A DNA stretch of 64,000 bases from Nymphaea colorata (Eukaryota): assembly GCF_008831285.2 (NCBI RefSeq), contig NC_045138.2, forward strand, positions 3,224,001-3,288,000. Direction: 5' to 3'. Shown here piece after piece: positions 1-24,790 of this stretch; position 1 is the stretch's first letter, and each line of letters opens with the position of its first letter. The notes beneath the pieces were generated by a model, which was not told where the DNA came from, did not search any database, and saw only the letters and a program-made list of their open reading frames with translations. Made by a program: the position numbers and the translations under genes.

Positions 1-541
1 CCGAAGCCCCCTTCTCCTCTGTCACTGTCTGAAGCCCCCTTCTCCACTGTCCCTGCCTCTTGCTCTCCTACTCTCCATCAAAGGCCTCTGTCTTCCTCTT
101 CCTCCTTCGCGCTGCCTCTTGCTCTCCATCCCTACGTCTTCCTCTTTGCCAAAGTTGTCCATCGCCATCTCTTGCTCTCTGTCGAAGTTGTCGATCGCTG
201 TCTCTTGCTCTCCGTCGAAGGCCTCTTGCTCTCCGTCATTGCCTCTTCCTGTCTATCGCTGCCTCTTGCTCTAAGTCAAAGGCATCCGTCGTTTCCTCTT
301 GAAGCTGACAATCGAAGCTCTCCATCCTCTGCGTCTTCTTCTTTGTCGAAGCGGAAGATCCCCTATGTCGCTGCCTCTTCCTCTCCATCACTGTCTTTTC
401 CTCGGTAAGGTTGCCTTTTTTTTTTCCTCTTTTTGTTTCTGCTATACAGTGCCCTGATCCCTTTATCCTCTCTCCCTCTACAGGGTTTGTTTGAAGAAAT
501 CGTTTGCTCCTTCTCCCCTGCGGTTCTTGAGGTCCTAGGAG

Positions 542-2661
542 GAAAGACGTCCCAATCAACTTCCCTGCAGGTTGTTCATCCAAACTTTCTCTGTTGGTAC
601 ACAACAACTTGTTCTAACTGCTTAGGCCTGTGAAAATGGTGGTGCTCTTCATGTTTGATCTTTGACTATAACTGCTTGGGCCATGTCAGTTCATATCTTG
701 TTTTTGTAAATATGCTTCTTCTTGCATTGTAAATTGTACAAATCTACCCACATGTTAACTAATGATTCCTAATTAACTTCTTTAAACCCTACCAACGATG
801 ACATCCTGTTCTCATAACTTACATAGATATGTTTTATCTTGTTTTTGTAAATATGCTTCTTCTTGCATTGTAAATTGTACAAATCTGCCCGCATGTTAGT
901 TAACGATTCCTAATTAACTTCTTTAAACCCTACCAACGATGACATCCTGTTCTCAGAACTTACATAGATATGCTTCACTCCTTTGCTCCTTATTATTATT
1001 TTAGAGCAATGGCAGATTTTGGCTTTTGTATATGACCAATATCTCACATTTTAGGAACCATATTAAGTTTTTAATCTACTGCATGTGTAAACTTGGGTGC
1101 ACTACTATGTTCAGTATTTTTGGTCGGTTGTAATTTTTTTCTCATTGATTCTAATATGTTATTTATTTAAGCATTCTAATAAGTTATCATTTGTTCCGAA
1201 AGTGTATTTTGGTTGTTCAAATGTTGGTTAGTTAATTTGGTTAGTCATTTGACTGTATTTAATTGATAGTTATCTGTTATTTTATATTTATCTCCAATGA
1301 TGCTTTCTAAAAGGGCATGGTAGTGTCATTGCAGTGCTACTTTCCACAACAAGTATGATGTGCAATTATGTAGGTCTTTTGACATTGACAATGTCAACGC
1401 AACGCAAGAGGAAAAAGTGATGAAGATGAATGAACCGAAGTGCAGTCAGAAACGTTTGATTGCTTGTTTTGTTACTACTTGTTTTCTTTGTTGGATATAT
1501 ACTCATTAAACTTATGTACTGTATGAGACAACATACTTTGGTTAATATTTTTTAACTTTCATACAGGTTTTAGTGTGCTAAGGTTTTATTTTGTAGTTAA
1601 TCATTATCAATTGAACTTGTGGATGTGATGGACTACTTTTGTAATTATTTGTGGATGGTATGAAATTGGGTTGGATGAATATCAGTGAAAGACGTCCCAA
1701 TCGACTTCCCTGCAGGCTGTTCATCCAAACTTTCTTTGTTGGTATATAACAACTTGTTCTAACTGCTTAGGCCTGTGAAAATGGTGGTGCTCTTGATATT
1801 TGATCTTTGACTATAGGTCAGTTCATATTTTGTTTTTGTAAATATGCTTATTCTTGCATTGTAAATTGTACATATCTGCCTGCATGTTAGCTCACAATTC
1901 CTAATTAACTTCTTTAAACCCTACCAACAATAACATTATGTTCTCAAAACTTACATAGATATGCTTCAATCCTTTGCTCCTTATTATTATAGAGCAATGA
2001 TAGATTGTGGCTTTTGTATATGACCAATATCTTACATTTTAGGAACCAGATTAAGTTCTTAATCTGCGTGTGTAAACTTGGGTGCACTACTATGTTGGTT
2101 GGTTGTAATTTTTTTCTCATTGATTCTAATATGTTATTTATTTAAGCATTCTAATGAGTTATCATTTGTTTTGAAAGTGTATTTTGGTTGTTCAAATGTT
2201 GGTTAGTTAATTTGGTTAGTCATTTGATTGTATTTAGTTGATAGTTATCTGTTATTTTATATTTATCTCCAATGATGCTTTCTAAAAGGGCATGGTAATG
2301 TCATTGCAGTGCTACTTTCCACAACAAGTATGGTATGCAATTATGTAGGTCATTGGACATTGACAATGTCAACGCAACGCAAGAGGAAGAAGTGATGAAG
2401 AGGAATGAACTGAAGTGCAGCAAAAAAAGTTTGATTGCTTGTTTTGTTACTACTTCTTTTCTTTGTTGGATCTATACTCGTTAAACTTATGTATTGGATG
2501 AGACAACATGCTTTGGTTAATGTTTTTTAACTTTCATACAGGTTTCAGTGTGCTACGGTTCTATTTTGTAGTTAATCATTATCAATTGAACTTGTGGATG
2601 TGATGGACTACTTTTGTAATTATTTGTGGATGGTATGAAATCAGGTTGGATGAATATCAGT
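542..2661. repeat. Tandem duplication of ~1 kb (542-1686, 1687-2661) with a nested 141-bp duplication in copy 1
   Basis: GAAAGACGTCCCAATC begins at 542 and 1687, and both copies end GGATGAATATCAGT. The nested unit TATCTTGTTTTTGTAAA begins at 694 and 835. Confidence 0.93.
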
Positions 2662-3094
2662 TATTTATCACATGAATGAATGTCTCGATGAATCTTACTT
2701 TCTTTTTGTTTGTTTGGCTTGTTCTTTTTCCTTACACATCTTGTTTGATCAGAACACGATCACCATGCTTCCTCTTGTTATACATTCTCGGTCTTCGCAT
2801 CTTTGTTACATAGGTATAAGCACGTAAATTTATGGGTTGTTTCTTGTTTGGTGTAGTTTTTGTAAGGTCCGAGATGTCGCTTGCTTGGATGCATGAATTT
2901 TACGAAAGAATTAGACTTTTGCTTGCTTGCCTTCTTCCGCCTTCCATCTCATTTGTGGGGTTTCGAGTTTTTAGAATGTGTTAATGGTATTTGTTTACAT
3001 CATATTTCAATTTCTACCCACATAAAATTTGAGGAGAACCAATAAAACAACAATTTCTAATAGTGAGGAAAAAAGTCTCTCTTATTTTTTACTC

Positions 3095-3299
3095 TGTGTT
3101 ACACAGTTAAATTCACCCTGCAAAAAAACTACAATATGCATCAAACATAGTTAATTTTACCCTGCAAAAAACTTTCATGCAATCAAACAGAACCTCAAAT
3201 CGAAAGAGAGTTAAATTTCATCATATATTTTTTTCTAAAAAAATTTACTGTTGTAAATTTACTATGTTAAATTATTCATTGCAATCAAACATGGCCTAA
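3095..3299. mobile_element. Probable right terminus of a PIF/Harbinger (Tourist-like) element; the left end was not found in the window
   Basis: The stretch ends CAATCAAACATGGCC followed by TAA (3297-3299). ATCAAACA and AGTTAAATT motifs recur subterminally. Confidence 0.45.
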
Positions 3300-3732
3300 G
3301 TGAACTGTAAAGAATAATAAGTATCAATGTCTAAAGCATCCTATGCAATAATGTGAAAAGTAAAAAAAAAGAAAGAACAAGCAAATAAAGAAGGAGGGGA
3401 ATGAAAGGAAAACAAAATGTCAGCCTTTTAATGTGTCTGCAACATTAATTTATACAAATATCGTTATAGTTTTAGTTTAAGTTACCTTTGTGAAAAAATT
3501 GATATTTTTATTGTCAAAATCTTGATGTTATAAACGCTCTTCATTTTTTGTATGTCAAATTTTGGCGTTATAGAAGCTGTTTTAGTTGTTACAAGAATAT
3601 TACTAAAGTAAAAAATATAACTTAATATATAGTTCTCACCAAATCACTCTTAAGATTATAAAAGGTTAAATTACAAAAAAAATTAATTTAATAATTAATT
3701 ACCATAGAACACACACACATATATAATATATA

Positions 3733-3833
3733 TATATGTATATATATATATACCTTCAACCGAGTCTCATATAAAATATTTCAACCTTCGACCGGGTCTG
3801 TATATAAAATATTTCAACCTTCAACCGAGTCTG
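3733..3833. repeat. ~33-bp tandem repeat (2.5 copies) after a (TA)n tract, just upstream of CNOT11
   Basis: CCTTC(A/G)ACCG(A/G)GTCT...TATAAAATATTTCAA is repeated. Confidence 0.85.
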
Positions 3834-3979
3834 GAAGCTCGGGCTTGAAAGTTAAAATGCATGTTTATTTGAAAGCTATATTTCTTATAACGATTGGGTG
3901 GGAGGAGGGCGCGGAGAAATACTTGCTTTTTTCCGAGTGACCGGAAAGCTGCCGGAGGCGGAACGAAGTTGGGGCAGCG

Positions 3980-17467
<13,488 letters not shown>

Positions 17468-18121
17468 ATGCCTCCTCCACGTTTTCTCTTGTCTAGTGCA
17501 GTAGATAACCATGTCCTTAAAATCGTTTGGATATAGATGGCATCTACATTTTCTGTTGCCTCTTTAATTTTTATTGATCTCATTTTATCATTTCTTGATG
17601 TATATGGACTTGAACAAAAAAAAATCACTAAAGGACATCTCTTCTGAAGATGTCTGAGTCTGATCTAGTTAGGTTGTAAAAAAACTGGCAGCATCAAAGA
17701 TTATGTTATCAAAAAACATTCGGCGTAATTGTTTAAAGGAAGTTCTGTACTATCAGCTGTCTTCAAAGTGGTTCTTATTGCAGTTTTTTTAATATGTCGG
17801 CAAGATCGTTGATTATGATATATACACATGCACTAGACTGTCCTTTGCACAAGATCAGTTTCATGCTCATCATAAGCTGAATCTGGAATATCATAAGCTG
17901 AATCTGGAATAGCAGATGGTAAGGGAAAAATTTCATGGTATTGTTTGGTATAAAAGTGTCCAGTGAATCTGTCCCAAAGATTGAGCGAAATTTATAGAAA
18001 ATTAGTTTGTGTGTGACGGATTCCTGGGACACTCACAGGGTGTGGGTGTCTTTGCTGCCAAACACCCCTAAGAGTGTTGAGTTTTGTTTCCCTGATGCTG
18101 CCGTTGAAACACACCCTAACT

Positions 18122-18294
18122 GTAAGAAATCTGCTATTTAGAATATTTTAAAAATCTTTATTGGACATGGATATGAATACAAGATTAAGTATCTCAGTGA
18201 AATCATAGCCGTAAGAAATCTACTGTTTCGAATATTTTAAATAACTTTATTGGACATGGATATAAATACAAGATTAAGTATCTCAGCGAAATCA
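18122..18294. repeat. ~89-bp tandem duplication downstream of CNOT11
   Basis: GTAAGAAATCT...CAAGATTAAGTATCTCAG(T/C)GAAATCA starts at 18122 and 18211. Confidence 0.9.
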
Positions 18295-19548
18295 AAATGT
18301 CAACTCATTCAGCTCATTTCCTCCTTAGACCTGAACGGCTACGGGATTAGGTGATGAGATGCAAGAGCTTTATTTAGAAGCTCGGTAAACGTTCACTGAA
18401 GATTTTTTATAAAAACAAGGAATTTGTCCAGAAGTCATTGAGGTTCAAAATGCATGTATGATCACTTTAACAAACGCCTATTTATGTTTTTGAAATGCTC
18501 ACATAAGAGAAAAACCACTAGTTATAGTACATACGCTATAGTTACTGTATACAAAATGGCATCTTTACAATCCAAATAATTTATATATTTCACTTTTCCT
18601 TTATACTCAGACTAAGTTCTCACCGTTATTTTCTCGTGTTCTTTGGACATACATACACCAGACACACATAAATATTCTTGTGCTTAATCTGTTTAAACAA
18701 TGTTATTATTCTTAATTAATTTTTTTGGCACGTGCAGCCTCTCAAGTAGAAAGAATGTATATGATGCGATTATATAGGAATCGACCCTTGTATCACCATA
18801 ATCCTAGATTAGGCTGACGTTTGGAGCGTCGATTTATTTAATTTGACTGTCATAAAGGGAAAAAAGAAATTGGTAATTTCTTGAGCAAAATTTTAGAAAC
18901 ACAAGCATTCTTTAGGTTTTTTTTTTCTTCTTTAATATCAAAACTAGTTTACAGATTGCAAACTTTTGGAATCAATGCTTCATTTAACATATTAAGATTC
19001 TGAACATCTTTATCGACGGTTTCATCAGAACATCTAAAAAAAATGGAGTGATCTGATGCCTGGCATCGGTGACTCAACCATTAAGTTGGTAAAACTCCAG
19101 GTTTTACAACTCTCACCTCACAGCCTATGACTTATGCAAGGGAGTGAAACCAGAGAGTAACTGCAGGATTGTGGCAGTCATATGCTTGGTTTCATCTAGA
19201 ACCAACTGTGCCAACCTATGTCACATGGGTGTAGGTGCGAGATGCAACATGTTAAAAAATTAGGTGTGAGTATATATATATATATATATTGAGAGAGAGA
19301 GAGAGAGAGAGAGAGAGGGCACAAAAAAATGAGTGAAGAAAAAAAAGGAAAAAAAGAAGATAGAGTGCGGTCAGCAGCACCGGACTTAGTCAAACCGAGT
19401 CGGGTGCCATGATGGGCCACACCCACATCCATGTCTAGGGCTGTACACGAGCCGAGTCGAGCCCGAGCTTGGCCAACTCGAGCTCGACTCGGCTCAAAGA
19501 GCTCGAGCTCGAGCTCGAACTCGAACTCGAGTCGAGTTCCCTAACACA

Positions 19549-19713
19549 AGCTCGAGCTCGACTCGACTATTATAGTCGAGCTCGAGCTCGACTCGACTAT
19601 TATAGTCGAGCTCGAGCTCGACTCGACTATTATAGTCGAGCTCGAGCTCGACTCGACTATTATAGTCGAGCTCGAGCTCGACTCGACTATTATAGTCGAG
19701 CTCGAGCTCGACT
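19549..19713. repeat. 30-bp perfect tandem array, 5 copies plus partial flanks, each unit palindromic
   Basis: The unit ACTCGACTATTATAGTCGAGCTCGAGCTCG is repeated exactly across 19561-19710. Confidence 0.97.
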
Positions 19714-19737
19714 TGTTTAACTCGTTTAGTTTAGGCA

Positions 19738-19941
19738 TTGTCCCAGAGCGTCGGCAATGAGGTCGAGTCCTTCGCCGGTTTGGAGGTCGAGTTTGAAGGC
19801 GCGTGGTGGTGAGGGGAGCAGTGCCTGGAGGAGGGACGGCGGAGGATTGGTAGCACTGTGGTATGTGAAAGCTACGTCATACGGCTTTTCGGCGAGCTCT
19901 TGAAGCAGATGTTGGCCCAAGTAGCCTGTTCCCCCCACCAA
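19738..19941 (-). pseudogene. Transduplicated 5' coding fragment of an NAD(P)-binding RmlD/MAT2B-like (extended SDR) gene
   Basis: About 68 uninterrupted codons, LVGGTGYLGQHLLQELAEKPYDVAFTYHS...AFKLDLQTGEGLDLIADALGQ, with a GGTGYLG dinucleotide-binding motif. There is no in-frame ATG nearby, a stop follows a few codons later, and the fragment lies inside the hAT element. Confidence 0.75.
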
Positions 19942-21854
19942 GCTGCGAGGGTTTGAGGGAGAAGAGAGAGAGAGAAAGAGAGAAGAGAAGGGGCGAGGCT
20001 GCGAGGGTTTGAGGAGAGGGAGAGAGAGAGAGAAGGAGGGAGGCTGTGAGGGTTTGAGGGAGAACCCTATTTCTCCCTTGGTCTTCTTCACAGAGCCATA
20101 ACCATGCGCTTTTTGGGCGCCTTCTTCTCCAAAAAAAAAATCAGACGCTTCTTTCTCCTTCTTCTTCTTCTTCTCTTCTGCAAAACAAAGTTAGAAATCA
20201 TTGGGTTCTTGAGACCCTCTCTCGTTTGAGGGAGAGGGTTTCAGTTCTCTGATTTAGGGAGAGAGGGGGAGAGAGAGATAGAGAAGGAGAGAAGGAGAGA
20301 AGAGAAGGAACGAGGGTGTGAGGATTCCATGGTTGCAGAAGGAGGAAGAAAGTGAAGAGAGAGAAAAAAAAGACGAGAAATGAAATGCGCAAATAAATAA
20401 AAAAATAAATATCCTTTCTCGGGTTAAGCGAGCTTCCTTAACCGAACTAGTACTCGGCTTGATAAAATAAATGAGTTGAATGGACAACTCGAGCTCGGCT
20501 TGTTGAGTATAAAAGCTGGCTCGAATTCAAATTCGAGCCGAGCTTTAACGAGCCGAGTTCGAGTTACTCGGCTCGTTGTTCAGCCCGGTCCATGTCGGCG
20601 CGTGCGCGTCACCATGTTTGTTGCACCCGTGTGACTTAGATGCTGACTTTACTCTAGAGAATTGATGGGGGGAGAAGAGACATCACCTAAAGAAAGTATG
20701 GTCCTGTTATAACTTTTGCAAGCAGTTACATTGCTGCAATGACATGATAAGATCATGGCTTCAAGGATTCCATGAATATTTTGTTGCACCAACCTAAATA
20801 TTTGATGTTGACATGACAGCATGTTTGGGAAATATATTAATGGGAATATGGGGCCCATATTGTTGCAGACAGTATCTTGATGAACCATACTGAAAGGTAG
20901 GCTTCCTCCATGAAAGGTCTGTTGGAAGGTTACCTGCCGACGTTTCAAGGGGAAGTTGGAAACAGAGCTAGGCTGGCAAACAGCAGGTATAAGTCAATTA
21001 GTTCACCAACCAACCAGGCCCCTCGCTGGGTACGGATCCAATGAGGTGTTTGGACATGGATCATCAAAGAAAAATTTGTCTGGACCCAGCCAGATTTAGT
21101 TTGTCTCCCTTTCATATCCAGCCATATTATGTGGCATGCTTGCTCATTCAAGTTTAGACATTTGATGTTAGAGTCTGAAATTCATTGTCACAAATATCGT
21201 TCTTGGAAAAAAAAAATATAGACAAGGTTGTTTTCAAGTTTTTTTGACAAAGTTGTTTTCTTTTTTCTTTTTGAGAAAACTATGAGACATGATCTTGGTA
21301 AAATTTCAAGAAATAAAAATCCTAAAAATTAGAGAAAATGAAATAAATGAGAAATTAAAAAAAGAGTGAAAAAATAATTAAAAATCACGAAAAAATCGGC
21401 GAGATATTCATTTTTTGCCAGGATTTTCAAAATCTCAGGATATTTTTCGTGATATTTTCTTTTTATTTGATAATCTCAAAACAATATTTGTGACATTGAC
21501 CATGTAGATGGGTTCCTTTGATATTTCCGAATCGAGATCCTAATAGACCCAACAAAGTAGGTCCAGATGTGGGTATTCTATGGTACCATCATCCAACCGA
21601 ACTGGTTGAATTGAAAAGGAAAAAGATGGATCTGATGCAAGGTCCACTGTCTTGAACTCAGACACAGGTCCAACCAGATCGGACCCACTTGCACCCCTTT
21701 TCTGACACACAACCTGCAGCTTTTAAGGGCAAAACTTGTTCAAAATAATAAGGTCTCCCTGACAATGCTGCTCATATCCAGAACCCATCACATGTTTAAG
21801 CATGGCAAAGAAGGTCCCACTGAATTAGATTCTCTCCCCCTTTGATGTACCGGA

Positions 21855-22573
21855 CTTGTACTTAAGAGAAGAATTCACTTAAGTGGGAGTTGGTAATGGT
21901 ACTTCATGTTACTCTTGCTCACCACCATTCAAAAGAAAACCCAAAATTCTGGATATCCTAAACGGGAAGTGGGATAAACCAAGATATTTCCACTAGAACT
22001 TTGAGTTTCTACTCTAGTGGAATTAACTTTGTTGACTTGCACTTAAGAGACAAATTCACTTAAGTGGGAGTTGGTAATGGTATTTCATGTTACTCTTTCT
22101 TGCCACCATTCAAAAGAAAACCCAAAATTCTGGATATCCTAAACGGGAAGTGGGATAAACCAAGATATTTTCACTAGAACTTTGAGTTTCTACTCTAATG
22201 GAATTAACTTTGTTGACTTGCACTTAAGAGACAAATTCACTTAAGTGGGAGTTGGTAATGGTATTTCATGTTACTCTTTCTTGCCACCATTCAAAAGAAA
22301 ACCCAAAATTCTGGATATCCTAAACGGGAAGTGGGATAAACCAAGATATTTCCACTAGAACTTTGAGTTTCTACTCTAGTGGAATTAACTTTGTTGACTT
22401 GCACTTAAGAGACAAATTCACTTAAGTGGGAGTTGGTAATGGTACTTCATGTTACTCTTGCTTGCCACCATTCAAAAGAAAACCCAAAATTCTGGATAAC
22501 CTAAATGGAAAGTGGGATAAACCAAGATATTCACACTAGAATTTTGAGTTTCTGCTCTGGTAGAATTAACTTT
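21855..22573. repeat. 181-bp tandem repeat, 4 near-identical copies
   Basis: CTTAAGAGA...TTCACTTAAGTGGGAGTTGG starts at 21861, 22042, 22223 and 22404. Confidence 0.97.
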
Positions 22574-23752
22574 TCCGTGACTGTCATTGTCTCATGTTCA
22601 TATATAGTCCAATTAAGAAGGTTAAGTTCTTGCAATCTTGGCACATGAAGGTGTCTGGTTATGTCATGTGGTGGGCATGGCGACATCGGCCATGTGCTTA
22701 TGTCTTAAGGGTACGCTGATCCACGGCAAGTACGAAGCCCAGTCAGTCACCATCTCTGCACAACATTTCACTAACAAATAACAACTCAAACTGAGCAGAG
22801 CCTGTATTATCATATCAGTAATGCATGATTGAATCATGTCGTAGAGATAGAACTTGTCCCTCATAATGATCGCATGCTCCGGCATGTTCGCAGCAATATT
22901 AAAACGTAGATGACATCCAAAACAGTGGATGATCTTCTGAACATGATCATAAATTCCGCTGCTAACGAGTAATTTTCTGATGGAAGAAGCGAAGATTTTT
23001 TATAGACTTGAGCAGGCCATGGAGATATTAAAAATTTGCATTCTACGTTGGCCGTTTCATCACCATTGTCTTAATCTGTAACCTCCTTTTCAAACTGCAA
23101 GGGTTCTGCCTTCAAGAATCATGTTCGTTTTTCTTCTACCCATTAAAGCTATAAAAATGATCAGATTAGAACATGTTAAAATTATTCTTATTACTGTTGC
23201 TTTTTCAAGTTCTTCCTGGTTAGCAGGAGGTTCACAACCGCCACCCAGAAGAGAGGCAGCCGGAAGCCTCTCCCCACAAAATTTTCTTCGTTTTTAGGGT
23301 CCTGAGCTGCGTTGGAGACCTAAGTAAAGTACGGCACACCCATCAATGCATGTCAAGAGAGTAACACCATTGGGAATAGAACCGACGATGCAGGTTTCAA
23401 GCTCTTGCTGGTTCCGTTCTTTTCTTAGATTCCTTAGTTTGTTTCTTGTGAACTTGTCTTCTACAGGTGCCCTACCATGTGCTATAATGTGATGCCCAAA
23501 ACGTCTTAAAATAACATCTTGCAATGTAGGCTCTCATTGGTAGTGTGTGACATCATGAACATGAGGTAAGCGCATGCATACATATAAAAATGAGACATTA
23601 TTGTTCATAAAAGAAAGAGAGGAATCTTTTTATCCCCAACATGCTAGGATAAATTATGTGCAATTTGCTATGTGCTACCATCAAAACCAAAGAAAACCGG
23701 TGGGATAAACGTGCATGGTGGCAACAAAAAGAGGATTCCGATCATATGTAGC

Positions 23753-23932
23753 CAGTGGCGGAGCCACATAAAAGGCTGGTGTGGGCAATTGCCCACACCA
23801 GCTTCTCAATTTTCTTTCACTTTTCAACATTAAGATTGATAATATTTACTTTATTATACATGTAAGTGCCCCTTAAAGTATGACAACAAGTGAATTAGTG
23901 CCCCTCCAAGCAAATTTTTGGCTCTGCCACTG
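23753..23932. mobile_element. hAT-type MITE (180 bp)
   Basis: TIRs CAGTGGCGGAGCCA and TGGCTCTGCCACTG; 8-bp TSD TATGTAGC / AATGTAGC (7/8). Confidence 0.85.
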
Positions 23933-24708
23933 AATGTAGCTAGTATCTGATCTAACCGATCGGATTTAGAGGAACGTATGATAATATCTCAATCCCAATT
24001 TTTGCATGTAAGTAGTGATAAATATTCCCTTGCCCGTTGGATTTTAGAAAAGAAATCCATTTTTGGGGCTAGTTTTTTCTTACGAGTACATTTTTCTGAT
24101 ATTCTTAACATGAATCCCACTTTTCACTGAAACTGTTCAATAATGGTTTGAAATAAGGTTCGGTCAACATGAGCGGCAAAATTTTTCAACATTACTCTCT
24201 ATTACTAAATTATATTCTTATATGTTTTAGCTAATATTTTTTCCTTAATTTATCAAAGTATACTTCAGCAGACCAAATGAGAAATCAGTAACAAAATTAG
24301 GTGACAAGGTCTCACCAAGAACAAAAAGCCAAGCAAAAGAAGAAACATGCAAAAGGAAAGAAAATTAAATGTAGAGGAGAGAAAGAACGGGGTAGCATTC
24401 ATCTCCGAGTAAAGTTCTTTTGGGCTTTTTCAGATTCATTACCAGCAGCAATAGATAAGCAAAGAACACTAACGAAGAAACATTACCTGGGCATGAGCAT
24501 GAAAGGGGTTGGAGAGAAGACTGGCTGGTACAGCGGTATGCAAATATTGGTACGGCGGTATGCTGTTGATACCTTTGGATCAGTTTTGGGTCCAAACTGA
24601 TCCAAATCATATTCTTTTCTTATGTTCTAACCACACTTTTGTTAGTATATTTACTGTTTGATGAGATTATAAGTAGGCATTATGAAAGGAACTACTAAAC
24701 ACAATGAT

Positions 24709-24711
<3 letters not shown>

Positions 24712-24784
<73 letters not shown>
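24712..24784. repeat. (TA)n microsatellite
   Basis: About 36 uninterrupted AT units. Confidence 0.97.

Positions 24785-24790
<6 letters not shown>

Larger units (their letters stand above)
19436..20588. mobile_element. Non-autonomous hAT element carrying a captured gene fragment (Pack-hAT)
   Basis: Perfect 8-bp TSD TCCATGTC at 19428-19435 and 20589-20596. TIRs are TAGGGCTGTACA and TGTTCAGCCCGG. Both ends carry dense (C)GAGCTCG/CGAGCC subterminal repeats. No transposase ORF. Confidence 0.85.
19216..20639. mobile_element. Older short TIR element (~260 bp net) interrupted by the Pack-hAT
   Basis: Inverted ends CTATGTCACATGGGTG (19216-19231) and CACCCGTGTGACTTAG (20624-20639) match at 14/16. 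The flanks GTGCCAAC and ATGCTGAC match at 5/8, and all three differences are transitions. Confidence 0.5.

Noticed and set aside
60..633. Ser/Leu-rich short ORFs
   Set aside because: Low-complexity CT-rich repeat sequence that overlaps the tandem duplication.
19549..19713. CRISPR-like appearance of the palindromic 30-bp repeats
   Set aside because: The units abut with no unique spacers, there are no cas genes, and the array lies inside a plant transposon.
19469..19738. Repetitive ORFs RARARLDYYS and SSSSTIIVES
   Set aside because: They are translations of the 30-bp DNA repeat with no supporting gene structure.
22664..23524. Possible small minus-strand gene or pseudogene
   Set aside because: It has short ORFs and some splice-like sites, but I could not build a consistent model or recognise any homology.
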